Positions 20,938 to 30,847 are shown, counted from the first letter of the stretch. The stretch is 64,000 nucleotides of DNA from Candidatus Omnitrophota bacterium (GCA_023140385.1 JAGLLT010000018.1:6071-70070), one strand, 5' to 3'. A program made the numbers and translations. The notes: generated from the sequence alone by a model not told the origin.

Positions 20938-21618
20938 ATGAAGGCAAGCGCTGTAATTGTGGCCGCGGGCAGCTCAAGAAGGCTGCCGGCGGAAAAAAGA
21001 AAGCCTTTTATTTTAGTAGGAGGCAAGCCGCTATTGGCCTACACACTCGGGAAGTTTTTTCACTCCGGGTCAATTGATACTATTATTCTGACGGTGAACA
21101 GTAAAGATTTAAAGTTGGCGCGCGCGCTGGCAAAGAAGTATGGATACGGAAACAGGCTAAAAATAATTTCCGGGGGCAGGACAAGGAAGGAGTCGGTCAG
21201 GAGAGGCCTTAAAGAAGTGCCGAATGAGACTGATTATGTTGTTGTCCACGACGGTGTACGCCCTTTTTTCAATGAGAAGTCCTTGAGTAAGCTGCTTAAG
21301 ATGGCCGCGAAGCACGGAGCGGCGATTTTGGCGGTACCGGTTGTGCCTACCGTTAAAAAGGTGGGAAAGGGCCTGTTTATTGAGAGCACTTTAGATAGAG
21401 AGAAGTTATGGGAAGCTCAGACCCCTCAGGTTTTTAAAAAGGAACTTCTTGAAAAAGCGCATAAAAAGTTTTGTAGACAAAAGGCCACAGATGACTCCTC
21501 CTTAGTTGAGCGGTTGGGAATAAAGGTTAAGGTAGTAAAGGGCAGTCGAAAAAACATTAAGATTACAACCCCCGAAGACCTGGCGGCGGTTGAACTTTTG
21601 ATAAAGGAAAAGAGCTAA
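20938..21618 (+). CDS. ispD: 2-C-methyl-D-erythritol 4-phosphate cytidylyltransferase
   Basis: AVIVAAGSSRRL motif (IspD P-loop-like), VVVHDGVRPF, and conserved IspD C-terminal motifs. Confidence 0.85.
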   Translation: MKASAVIVAAGSSRRLPAEKRKPFILVGGKPLLAYTLGKFFHSGSIDTIILTVNSKDLKLARALAKKYGYGNRLKIISGGRTRKESVRRGLKEVPNETDYVVVHDGVRPFFNEKSLSKLLKMAAKHGAAILAVPVVPTVKKVGKGLFIESTLDREKLWEAQTPQVFKKELLEKAHKKFCRQKATDDSSLVERLGIKVKVVKGSRKNIKITTPEDLAAVELLIKEKS

Positions 21619-22100
21619 TGATAAAAATAGGTTATGGATATGATTCGCATAATTTAACAGAAAACAGAGACCTGATTTTAGGAGGTGTTAAAATACCTTA
21701 CTTTAAAGGGCTGGAGGGACATTCGGATGCTGACGTACTAACTCATGCCATATGCGACGCTCTTTTGGGGGCAATGGGCAAAGGAGATATAGGGGAGCAT
21801 TTTCCGCCGGATGAAAGAAAGTATAAAGATATTTCAAGCTTTAGCCTACTCAAAGATGTGTTAAAAATGCTTGAGGAAGCCAAATACAAAATTGTGAATA
21901 TTGATACTTTAATAATTGCCGAAGAGCCTAAAATGAGCCCTTTTAAAAAAAAGATGAAAGACCGTCTTAATCAGGTGTTGAATTTAGGGGAGGACAGCCT
22001 GAATATTAAAGCGACTACTATGGAGGCCAGGGGTTCAATAGGCAGGGGAGAGGCGATCGCGGCAAAGGCAGTGGTGCTGATCGAGAAGGAGAAAGATTAA
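21618..22100 (+). CDS. ispF: 2-C-methyl-D-erythritol 2,4-cyclodiphosphate synthase
   Basis: 160 aa. GYGYDSHNL, HSDADVLTHAICDALLGA and GDIGEHFP motifs. Confidence 0.9.
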   Translation: MIKIGYGYDSHNLTENRDLILGGVKIPYFKGLEGHSDADVLTHAICDALLGAMGKGDIGEHFPPDERKYKDISSFSLLKDVLKMLEEAKYKIVNIDTLIIAEEPKMSPFKKKMKDRLNQVLNLGEDSLNIKATTMEARGSIGRGEAIAAKAVVLIEKEKD

Positions 22101-22103
22101 CCT

Positions 22104-22829
22104 ATGTTATTTTTGAAAATTATGTTATCAATGTTGTTTGCTTTTACGATAGTACCTTTTCTTTTTTTACTGGCTGCTTCTATCTATTTCAAAAAAGAAA
22201 TTAAAGCTGTTTTTGAAAGGGATCCGGCGGCAACCAGTTACTGGGAGGTACTTTTAACCTATTCCAGCCTCCATGCTATTATTTTACACCGCATTGCCCA
22301 TAAAACGCGCGGAAGCGGAATACCTTTTCTTCCCAGGCTTATTTCCCAGATTTCCCGTTTTATTACCGCGGTAGAGATACACCCGGCGGCCAGTATCGGA
22401 GAGGAGTTTTTCATTGACCATGGTATGGGAGTTGTCATAGGCGAAACGACGGTTATCGGAGACAGGGTTACAATATTTCAAGGTGTAACTTTGGGCGGTA
22501 CGGGGAAGGAGCGGGGTAAAAGGCACCCTACCATCGGAAACAACGTGGTTATCGGCGCCGGCGCGAAAATATTAGGCAGTATAAAAATTGGAAACAATGT
22601 TAATATTGGCGCCAACGCCGTAGTTATCAGAGATGTGCCCGATGACTCTACAGTAGTAGGCGTCCCGGGCAGAATTGCCCGGAAAAAGGGTGAAAAGATA
22701 GTAGGCATAAACATTGATTACACTAATTTGCCGGATCCTCTAAGCGCGCGGCTGGAAAATTTACAGCATGAAATTGATGTAATAGAAAAAGAAATTAAAA
22801 CGCACCGCGAAAAAAAAGAGAACAGTTAG
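22104..22829 (+). CDS. cysE: Serine O-acetyltransferase
   Basis: SATase N-terminal motif FERDPAA...HAI.LHRIAH and hexapeptide repeats ([41 protein letters not shown]). The annotated N-terminal about 30 aa look hydrophobic, so the true start may be internal. Confidence 0.8.
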   Translation: MLFLKIMLSMLFAFTIVPFLFLLAASIYFKKEIKAVFERDPAATSYWEVLLTYSSLHAIILHRIAHKTRGSGIPFLPRLISQISRFITAVEIHPAASIGEEFFIDHGMGVVIGETTVIGDRVTIFQGVTLGGTGKERGKRHPTIGNNVVIGAGAKILGSIKIGNNVNIGANAVVIRDVPDDSTVVGVPGRIARKKGEKIVGINIDYTNLPDPLSARLENLQHEIDVIEKEIKTHREKKENS

Positions 22830-22832
22830 ACG

Positions 22833-24341
22833 ATGGCGCTTAAGATATATAACTCACTTATAAACAGAAAAGAAGAGTTTAAACCGATAGCGGCCGGTGA
22901 AGTTAAAATGTACGTTTGCGGAGTTACCGTCTATGATAAATGCCACATTGGCCATGCCAGGGGAGCCTTTGTTTTTGACGTAGTCAGAGATTATTTAACG
23001 TATAAAAGGTATGAAGTTACGTATGTCAAAAATATTACGGATGTAGACGATAAAATTATAAATAAGGCAGCTGAATTAGTTGAGGAGTATAAAAAGAAAG
23101 GTATTAATAAAACTCTTAACGAAGCCGTTGAAGAGATTACAGCCTGTTATATAGATGCTTATTATGAGGATATGGATGCTCTGGGTATTAAAAAGGCGGA
23201 TATTGAGCCCAGGGCCACAGAGCATATTGATGATATGATAAAGATGATCGAGGGGCTTATTGAAAAAGGGTATGCTTATGAAGTTGACGGTGATGTTTAT
23301 TTTGATGTAAAAAAATATAAAGATTATGGACAACTTTCCAATCAGAGCGTTGAAGAACTGCAGGAGGGAGTTCGCAAGGAAGTTGATAAGAAAAAGAGAA
23401 GCGCTCTTGATTTCGCGCTTTGGAAAAAGGTAAAAGAGCATGAACCCCATTGGCAGAGCCCTTTTTCGAATGGAAGGCCCGGCTGGCATTTGGAATGCTC
23501 TGCTATGAGTATTAAGTATTTGGGAGATAATTTTGATATACACGGGGGCGGCAGAGATCTTATCTTTCCTCATCATGAAAATGAAATTGCCCAGGCTGAA
23601 TGCTATACCGGCAAGCCCTTTGCTAATGTCTGGATGCATAACGGTTTGCTGACGGTTGAGGGGCAAAAAATGGCTAAGTCGCTGGGCAACTTTGTAACTA
23701 TCTCCGAGATTATCAAAAAATACCATCCTGAAACCCTGAAGCTTCTTTTTTTATTGAGCCATTACGCGAGCCCCGTAGATTTTACCTTTGAAAAAATGGA
23801 TGAGGCTCGTACAGCAAGAAAAAAATTTTACAGCCTGTTTGAGAAGATTGAGAATGTCCTTAAGGACGCCGGGCAGGCAGAAGAGGGCGCCGCGGCGGCC
23901 GAGGAAGCGGCATTGAAGAGGAGTCTGGATGATTGTGCCCGCGGGCTTGAAAAGGCAAGTCAGGGTTTTATCGAGGCTATGGATGATGACTTTAATACGC
24001 CGACGGCCTTGTCGCGCCTTTTTGACATAGTTAACCTGATAAATAAGTTTATCAGAGATGAAAGCGTCGCGCTTAAAGCTAAAGTCGCGATTTTAAAGTC
24101 TGCTAAGTTCACCTTGAAAGAATTTGGCGGCATCCTGGGACTTTTTCAAAAGGATGAAAAAAATGAGGCGGGTGAAGAAATGGAATTACTTAATAAAGTT
24201 ATGGCTATTATCCTTGATATAAGACAGAAGGCGCGGCAGGGTAAAAACTTTGAATTGTCGGACAGTATTAGAGAGCGCCTTGAAGACGCGGGCCTTATCT
24301 TAGAGGACGAGAAAGGTAAGACGGTCTGGAGGAAAAAGTAA
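22833..24341 (+). CDS. cysS: Cysteine--tRNA ligase
   Basis: Class I HIGH (CHIGHARG) and KMSKS (KMAKSLGN) motifs, plus zinc-site residues, in the CysS arrangement. Confidence 0.9.
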   Translation: MALKIYNSLINRKEEFKPIAAGEVKMYVCGVTVYDKCHIGHARGAFVFDVVRDYLTYKRYEVTYVKNITDVDDKIINKAAELVEEYKKKGINKTLNEAVEEITACYIDAYYEDMDALGIKKADIEPRATEHIDDMIKMIEGLIEKGYAYEVDGDVYFDVKKYKDYGQLSNQSVEELQEGVRKEVDKKKRSALDFALWKKVKEHEPHWQSPFSNGRPGWHLECSAMSIKYLGDNFDIHGGGRDLIFPHHENEIAQAECYTGKPFANVWMHNGLLTVEGQKMAKSLGNFVTISEIIKKYHPETLKLLFLLSHYASPVDFTFEKMDEARTARKKFYSLFEKIENVLKDAGQAEEGAAAAEEAALKRSLDDCARGLEKASQGFIEAMDDDFNTPTALSRLFDIVNLINKFIRDESVALKAKVAILKSAKFTLKEFGGILGLFQKDEKNEAGEEMELLNKVMAIILDIRQKARQGKNFELSDSIRERLEDAGLILEDEKGKTVWRKK

Positions 24342-24576
24342 CTTTTCCCACCATATTCTTTTCAAACTGCTAATCGGCAGCCGGTTGCGTATTTTAACAA
24401 CAAAATACTTCTAAAAGACAATTATTTACTCTTGACTTTATTTCTTGTATTGTGGTATATTAAATAAGTATTTTTTAGAGGTATAGGGGCGGACAAGAAA
24501 CGCCTTTTCCTGATGAAATATACATATTTTGCTAACCCGCTATCTTGTATAGATGACCGGCAGTGGTTACAACATC

Positions 24577-24605
24577 TTGACAAAGCAGCGGGGGTAGTGT
24601 ATATT
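24577..24605 (+). promoter_or_regulatory. Sigma70-type promoter TTGACA-17-TATATT about 130 nt upstream of the GGDEF gene (a second candidate is TTGACT-18-TATATT at 24432-24461)
   Basis: TTGACA at 24577-24582, 17-nt spacer, TATATT at 24600-24605. The predicted leader contains the hairpin CTGCCAAACAAAAGGCAG. Confidence 0.5.
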
Positions 24606-24734
24606 TATAAAAAAGTTAGGACTATAAAGTATTATATACTTTAATATTAACCGACTCCGCCAAACGACTGCCAAACAAAAGGCAGAGTAGTGGAAGTATT
24701 GTATTTAAAGGGGGTTGGGTAAAAGAGACGGACT

Positions 24735-26741
24735 ATGAAGAATAAGAAGATTATTTTAATTGAAGGCAAGGCGGGGGTTTCAGAAAAACTGCTGCCTTTA
24801 TTGGAAGAGCAGAATTGTGAGGTTTTTATAAGCAGAGAAGGCTTAAGCGGTATTCAGGACGTATATCAGCATAAACCCGACCTCATTTTTCTGGACTCGT
24901 CTATTGAAGATATTTCCGCTTTTCAGGTATGCACCTTTTTGAAGGATAAAGATGACTTTAAAGAGATACCCATTGTACTGTTAGGGGCAGATAAAGCGGA
25001 GGAGTTAAATTTTTTCAGAATTAAGGAAGGCGTTCTTGATTTTATTGATGTCTCACAGGACTTAGACTGGATAAATCAGCAGATTAAAGCCATTCTTGAC
25101 AAACATCAGGAGAGCCTCTTCGCGTCAAAGAGTTTTAAGCTCATCGAAGAACTTACTGAAAGCATTCGCCGGTTATCCGGCGGCGGCCAGGCGGATAATA
25201 CGGAAGAAGGAGCGCTGGCTGTGCTGTGTGAAGAGATAGTCTATAAGGTTACTTCAATTTTAAACTCCGAAGTGGGTTCTTTGATGATGATGGATGAAGC
25301 CGGCGGCCACCTTTTTATAAAAGCCGCCCGAGGATTAGATGAAGACGTAATAAATAACACCAGAGTAAAGCTGGGAGAGAAGGTATCCGGCTGGGTAGCC
25401 AAAAGAGGCAGGCCTGTTCTGGTGACTGATATAGAAAAAGATTCAAGGTTTCCTAAGGCAAGTAATGGCAGGTATTATACTAGCTCCTTATTAAGCGCTC
25501 CGCTTAATCTGGGAAGGCTAAAAGGAGTTATAAATGTTAATAATAAGACTACTAAAGAGCCTTATAATGAGAAAGACCTGGCTCTTTTAACGGCACTAAT
25601 AAAGCATCTCAGTTCTACCGCCGAAAACGTGGCCCTTTTTAAAGAACTCGCGGATAGAAACGAGAGGCTCGAGAAGTTAAGGTCGGATAAGAAGATATTG
25701 TCCGGGATTAACAAACTCCTTGATAAAGAACTTTATGATATTGGGATTTCATACGAAATAAATAAAATATTAAATTCCGATTTAGATTATAAGCAGACCA
25801 TAAGCGCGGTAATAGAGTTAATTGAAAGCAGTGTAGACTATCATTTTTGCGGGCTGCTGCTTTTAGATAATGTGCAGGAGGCGGAGCTGATGGTGAGCAT
25901 TAAGTATCCTGCCTCTGAATTTGACCTGGCCGCTTTTAAGGTTAAGACAATTGATACCTTTTATCAGGTATCCGGGTACAATATTCTGCTGGAGAGAATA
26001 GCTTTAAACAGGACTGCCGGGCCGGCTATACTGGTTGCCGAAGCAAAAAAGGATAAAGATGTTCTGAGCAGTTTTCATGCCATAGGATTGAATATAAAAA
26101 ATAAATGCCTGGGACTTTTGGCTGTGAGTCATTCCAGGCCGGAGGCATTCAGCCGTAAAGACCTGAAGCTTCTTTCTATGATTGCCGATCATTCGGTTTT
26201 GGCTATTAATAACGCAGCCTTACATAAGAGAATAAAAAAACTTTCAATAACAGATGGTTTAACGGGGCTTTATGTGTATAGGCATTTTCAGGACAGATTG
26301 GACGAGGAGATAAGGAGGGCCGGAAGATATCAGGAACAGCTTTCCATAATCCTTGTGGACATTGATGGGTTCAAGAGTGTCAATGATAACTTTGGCCATT
26401 TGGTGGGCGATGAGGTTTTAAAGGAGATAAGCCGGATCTTGCTAAAGGCTTGCCGTGAAGTTGATGTAGTTGCCCGTTACGGCGGGGATGAGTTCGCGGT
26501 AATTTTGCCGCAGACCGATAAGGAAGGGTCGTTTTACGTGGCAGAGAGAATAAGGAAGGCAATAAAAGGTAATAACTTCAAATCGCGCGCCCCAGAGCCG
26601 ATTAATTTAACGGTGAGCTGCGGAGCGGCATCGTTTGGTGAATCCGTGAAGGAAAGGGACGTTCTTATCAAAAAGGCCGACGACGCTTTATACCAGGCGA
26701 AAAATGAAGGTAAGAACAAGACGGCGCTAAATCAAGTATAA
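24735..26741 (+). CDS. Response-regulator receiver + GAF + GGDEF diguanylate cyclase
   Basis: 668 aa. N-terminal REC-like domain (phospho-acceptor DSS region), central GAF-type domain(s), C-terminal GGDEF domain with an intact GGDEF motif (ARYGGDEFAVIL) and an upstream RxxD-like I-site. Confidence 0.8.
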   Translation: MKNKKIILIEGKAGVSEKLLPLLEEQNCEVFISREGLSGIQDVYQHKPDLIFLDSSIEDISAFQVCTFLKDKDDFKEIPIVLLGADKAEELNFFRIKEGVLDFIDVSQDLDWINQQIKAILDKHQESLFASKSFKLIEELTESIRRLSGGGQADNTEEGALAVLCEEIVYKVTSILNSEVGSLMMMDEAGGHLFIKAARGLDEDVINNTRVKLGEKVSGWVAKRGRPVLVTDIEKDSRFPKASNGRYYTSSLLSAPLNLGRLKGVINVNNKTTKEPYNEKDLALLTALIKHLSSTAENVALFKELADRNERLEKLRSDKKILSGINKLLDKELYDIGISYEINKILNSDLDYKQTISAVIELIESSVDYHFCGLLLLDNVQEAELMVSIKYPASEFDLAAFKVKTIDTFYQVSGYNILLERIALNRTAGPAILVAEAKKDKDVLSSFHAIGLNIKNKCLGLLAVSHSRPEAFSRKDLKLLSMIADHSVLAINNAALHKRIKKLSITDGLTGLYVYRHFQDRLDEEIRRAGRYQEQLSIILVDIDGFKSVNDNFGHLVGDEVLKEISRILLKACREVDVVARYGGDEFAVILPQTDKEGSFYVAERIRKAIKGNNFKSRAPEPINLTVSCGAASFGESVKERDVLIKKADDALYQAKNEGKNKTALNQV

Positions 26742-26754
26742 AGAAAGATAATTT

Positions 26755-28284
26755 ATGAAAAAAATAAAATTTATGGCAGGGTTGGTTTTCTTTTTAGTTT
26801 TTTGCTTTTTGGAAACACCGGTTATCCGCGCGGACGGTGGTTTAGTATCCATAGAGGCGGAGGATGAGGAGATTTCTGATGTCTTATACTCAATTGCCGA
26901 AGATAATAACTTAAATCTGGTTGTCGGTAAGAACATAAGCGGCAGGGTAACGGTTAAGCTTGACAGTGTTCCCTTAGAAGATGCCCTGAGGGCAATTTTA
27001 CAGCCGAATAGTTATACCTATACTATTGACGGGGATATGGTTACCGTTTACAGTTATGGTGAATTTCAGCAGCACGAGAGATTCAGCCCTCTGGTAACTA
27101 AGGTTTTTACCCTGGAGAACATTGAGGTCTCCTCCCTAAGACGAGCCTTTTTATCTATGAAGACAACCAGGGGAAGAATGGAGCTGAACTTATTGGGCAA
27201 TCAGGTAATTATAACGGATACTAAGGATAGGATAAAACAGCTAGAGAAGGCTTTAAAGGAGATGGATGTTAAGAGGGACTTTAAAAAGTATAAGCTGAAT
27301 TATGCTAAGGCCGCGGATGTTATAGGAAAATTGACCCAGATTATTTCAGAAGACAGGGGCGACGTATTTTTAGATGAAAGAACCAATAGCATTGTAATCA
27401 GGGCCGCGGGCCCTCTGCTTCAGAATATTGATGAGTTGATTGAAGGATGGGATGTACAGCACAAGCAGGTTTTGATTGAAGCGAAAATCTTAGAGGTAAC
27501 CTTAAATAAGAACAAAAAGCTGGGCATTAACTGGGAGTATGATACACCTGATTCCGCCCGGCGGGGAGAACCCGCCCAGTGGGACCTGAGGGGAGATTTT
27601 TCTCAGAACCTGACCTCGGGAGGGATCTTTCAGGTTGGCACTTTGACCGCTGATGATTATCAGATAACGCTGGAGATGCTGGAGAGTCACAGTGATACTG
27701 AAGTTCTTTCAAGTCCCAGGATTGTTGTTATAGACAACCATGAAGCTAATATTTTGGTCGGCAGTGAAGAGCCCTATATAGTTACTTCCACAGATCCTGA
27801 CACCGGCTGGATATTTGAAGAGACAAAGTTTAAAGATGTGGGTTTGAAATTAGTGGTAACCCCCCAAATAGATGAGAATGATTATGTTACAATGACTATC
27901 CATCCCGAGGTAAGCACCGCCAGGCGGGTGGCTGAGGTATCCAATGCTTTAGCTATAGACACGACCCAGGCCGATACGACTCTGATGGTTAAAAATGGAG
28001 AAACGGTTGTCTTGGGAGGGTTAATGAAGGATACGCGCTCTAAGACGGTAAAAAAGGTACCTCTTTTAGGCGACATTCCTATTCTCGGATACTTGTTCAG
28101 AAGCACAGAAGAGGAGGATAAAAAAACTGAAATAATTGTTTTTATTACTCCCCATATATTAACTGATGACAATCGGCAGTCTGTTTCCCGCGAGAGAATT
28201 AAGGGTGTAGCTGAAAGGACAAATACCACCTTTGATCTGCTTGATGAAGGTGTGCAATTTGAACAGGAAGAACGACTCCAGTAA
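26755..28284 (+). CDS. Secretin (PilQ/GspD family) with a PilQ-like N0 domain
   Basis: Signal peptide. N0-like domain (ISDVLYSIAEDNNLNLVVGKNISGRVTVKLDSVPLEDALRAIL). Secretin_N-like domain. C-terminal secretin domain with the VPLLGDIPILGYLFR signature. Confidence 0.8.
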   Translation: MKKIKFMAGLVFFLVFCFLETPVIRADGGLVSIEAEDEEISDVLYSIAEDNNLNLVVGKNISGRVTVKLDSVPLEDALRAILQPNSYTYTIDGDMVTVYSYGEFQQHERFSPLVTKVFTLENIEVSSLRRAFLSMKTTRGRMELNLLGNQVIITDTKDRIKQLEKALKEMDVKRDFKKYKLNYAKAADVIGKLTQIISEDRGDVFLDERTNSIVIRAAGPLLQNIDELIEGWDVQHKQVLIEAKILEVTLNKNKKLGINWEYDTPDSARRGEPAQWDLRGDFSQNLTSGGIFQVGTLTADDYQITLEMLESHSDTEVLSSPRIVVIDNHEANILVGSEEPYIVTSTDPDTGWIFEETKFKDVGLKLVVTPQIDENDYVTMTIHPEVSTARRVAEVSNALAIDTTQADTTLMVKNGETVVLGGLMKDTRSKTVKKVPLLGDIPILGYLFRSTEEEDKKTEIIVFITPHILTDDNRQSVSRERIKGVAERTNTTFDLLDEGVQFEQEERLQ

Positions 28285-28286
28285 TT

Positions 28287-29894
28287 ATGCCAAATCCCGC
28301 GCAAAAAACACAAGTTACCGTAAAAGATTATCTCCTTATAATATTTCTGCGTAAGAAATTTTTTCTCCTTCCCTTTTTAATTGTCTTTTTTACCGCTTCT
28401 ATCGGAAGTTTTTTTATGCCTAAGTATTACCGTTCAGCGGTAATGGTGAAGGTGGAAGATAAAAAGCCGGTTAATCCTTTAGCGGTGCCGGAAAGAAGGG
28501 GCACGACTGATGAAGATAAAACCTTAGTTGAAAAAATGAGAACTCTTACAGAAGAAATCTTAAGCTACCACCGCTTAATTTTTTTAATAAATGAATTGAA
28601 TCTTCGGGAAAGTCTTGGCAGTATTTCAACTACTACGGAGTCGCTAATTACAGCTTTAAGAAAAAGCATAAAAGTCAAGATGATATCCCCTGAAATTTTC
28701 CTGGTCTCTTATGAAGATAAAGATCCCCAGCAGGCAAAGGATGTCGTTAATAGGTTAGTGGGGATATTTATCGATGAGCAGATTAAGCAAAAAGAAGAAG
28801 AGGCCATGGCCGGAGTTGAGTATGCCGAGTCTGAGGCCGAACTTTATAAAGAAGAACTTGAAAAGGCGGAAGAAAAATTTAAGAAGTACAGAGAAAAACA
28901 CGCCTTGCAGCTGCCGGGTAGAGAGCTTGATATGAACGTTGACATTCTGGTCAGCTATGAGCTTCAGCTAACCAGTTTAAGAATGGACCAAAAGAACCTG
29001 CAGGAAGAAATTAACAAGATAAAGAGGCAGTTGAGCGGCAGAGAAGCGGTAATTATCTCTGATGATATGCTTGATTTAAACCCTATAGTTATTGAACTTA
29101 ATAGAGATTTGCAGGAGCTGCGGCTCGCAATAGATAATCTTCTATTGAGTGACCCGGAGTCAGAAAAGATATATGAGCTTCAACAGGCCTTAGAAGATAC
29201 ACGCCGGCGCCTGCAGGAAGAGATAGAGAAGACGGTTAACGCGGAGACCATAGTCAGCGACCCCTTATTTTATCAGCGCCTGTCCCAACGCTTTAAAGGC
29301 GCCGATCAGAGAATGAATGAGCTAAAGGATAGAGAGAGCGAGTTAACGCGGCTGAAGGAGATGTATGAGAAGAGGATAAAGACCCTGCCCGCACAGGAAG
29401 CGGAGTATAGCCGTTTGGGCAGGGACGTTGAGCTAAACAGCCAGTTATACAGGTCTCTCCGGATAAAGGCGGAAGAAGGCCGCCTGACAGCAGAGGAACT
29501 AAAGAAAATAGGTATTAATTATGAGTTGATAGAAGAAGGCCGTCTTCCTCTCAAGGCCTCCAAGCCGAAAAAGCTGTTAATTACTGTAGTTTCTTTACTT
29601 TTGGGTGTTATGTCGGGCTTTGGCTGTGTGTTTCTGGCAGAGTTTTCAGACCGCTCCTTTAAAAGTACCGAAGATGCCATTGGCTATATGGAAATACCGT
29701 GCCTGGGCTCTGTGTCCAAGATAATGACACGGGGTGAGCTAGCTTCCAGAAGGAGAAGAGAAAGAAGCGCCGCTATCCTGATTGTATGTTTAGCAGTTAT
29801 ACTAATTACCGCCGGTATAGTGTCAACCTATAAAGAAAATGAAGAGGTAAGATTGAAAATTGCCGAGCAGGAAAAACTTGAAGAAGCTGATTAA
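28287..29894 (+). CDS. Polysaccharide co-polymerase / chain-length determinant (Wzz/GumC/EpsF-like PCP)
   Basis: 535 aa. N-terminal TM, long coiled-coil periplasmic region, second TM near the C-terminus, short cytoplasmic tail. It starts 3 nt after the secretin stop. Confidence 0.65.
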   Translation: MPNPAQKTQVTVKDYLLIIFLRKKFFLLPFLIVFFTASIGSFFMPKYYRSAVMVKVEDKKPVNPLAVPERRGTTDEDKTLVEKMRTLTEEILSYHRLIFLINELNLRESLGSISTTTESLITALRKSIKVKMISPEIFLVSYEDKDPQQAKDVVNRLVGIFIDEQIKQKEEEAMAGVEYAESEAELYKEELEKAEEKFKKYREKHALQLPGRELDMNVDILVSYELQLTSLRMDQKNLQEEINKIKRQLSGREAVIISDDMLDLNPIVIELNRDLQELRLAIDNLLLSDPESEKIYELQQALEDTRRRLQEEIEKTVNAETIVSDPLFYQRLSQRFKGADQRMNELKDRESELTRLKEMYEKRIKTLPAQEAEYSRLGRDVELNSQLYRSLRIKAEEGRLTAEELKKIGINYELIEEGRLPLKASKPKKLLITVVSLLLGVMSGFGCVFLAEFSDRSFKSTEDAIGYMEIPCLGSVSKIMTRGELASRRRRERSAAILIVCLAVILITAGIVSTYKENEEVRLKIAEQEKLEEAD

Positions 29895-29927
29895 TTTTGA
29901 TAATGGATTGGGAGTACAAGTATAAAG

Positions 29928-30701
29928 ATGGATAATTTTTCAGAATCGATAAAAAGAGCGGCTGAAGATAGAGAGCAGATGCTGAAGAAAAGCCGAATCG
30001 CGCCCACTTCGGTGGTGCGGGCCAAAGATGGCTCAGGTATAGACGCGAGAGTCGTTACCTATCACAGCCCGAAGTCAAACATAGCCGAAAATTACAGAGG
30101 CATTTTTACCCATCTTAAAAATGCTTCAGAAAAGCTTAACGCTAAGGTAATCGCTATTGTCAGCTCCTCTCTTAACGAAGGCAAGAGTATTACGGCTGTT
30201 AATTTGTCGGTGATTATGGCGGCAGATTTTGGGAAAAAGGTTTTATTGCTTGACTGTAACTTAAGAAGCCCGCGAATAGACGAGTTGTTAAATATAAATG
30301 CCCAAGGCGGCCTTTCAGAGATCTTATCTGATAACTTAACTTCTAAGGCGGCTGTAAAGCCTACGGGGATTAACAATCTTTTCGTAATAACCGCGGGCAA
30401 AGAGGCCGGTAGTCCGGTTGAGCTGTTACATAGTCAAAAACTGCCGCGGTTATTAAAAGAATTGAGAGCGGAGTACGATTATATAATTATTGATACAGCG
30501 GCAGTTATTCCTTATTCTGATTTTAAAGTAATGGCGCCCTGGATAGACGCGGCGGCCCTGGTTGTTAGGGTTCATAAGACTTCGCGCGAGGTAATAACGA
30601 GGGCAGAGGCTATGTTGAAGGAGTTAAGAATTAACGTTCTTGGTTTTATGCTCACGGACGTTGAATATTACATTCCGGACTTTATATATCGTCACCTTTG
30701 A
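29928..30701 (+). CDS. BY-kinase-type tyrosine autokinase (CpsD/CapB-like P-loop ATPase)
   Basis: Walker A-like SSSLNEGKS, Walker A' LLLDCNLRSP, Walker B DYIIIDTAAV, and a tyrosine-rich C-terminus (EYYIPDFIYRHL). Confidence 0.7.
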   Translation: MDNFSESIKRAAEDREQMLKKSRIAPTSVVRAKDGSGIDARVVTYHSPKSNIAENYRGIFTHLKNASEKLNAKVIAIVSSSLNEGKSITAVNLSVIMAADFGKKVLLLDCNLRSPRIDELLNINAQGGLSEILSDNLTSKAAVKPTGINNLFVITAGKEAGSPVELLHSQKLPRLLKELRAEYDYIIIDTAAVIPYSDFKVMAPWIDAAALVVRVHKTSREVITRAEAMLKELRINVLGFMLTDVEYYIPDFIYRHL

Positions 30702-30759
30702 TTGTCTGTACTTTTAAATACCTTAAGAAGAGGCGAAGGAGGCAGATAATGTTTGTATT

Positions 30760-30797
30760 AACCAAAATCCAAAGGTAGTGGGTTTTGGTTTTTTTAA
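30760..30797 (+). terminator. Possible rho-independent terminator after the BY-kinase gene
   Basis: Inverted repeat AACCAAAA...TTTTGGTT followed by TTTTTTT. The stem is AT-rich, so it is weak. Confidence 0.35.
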
Positions 30798-30847
30798 TAA
30801 AGTCCAAATTTACATAATAAAGTGATGGGTTTGTAAGGGAAAGAATA

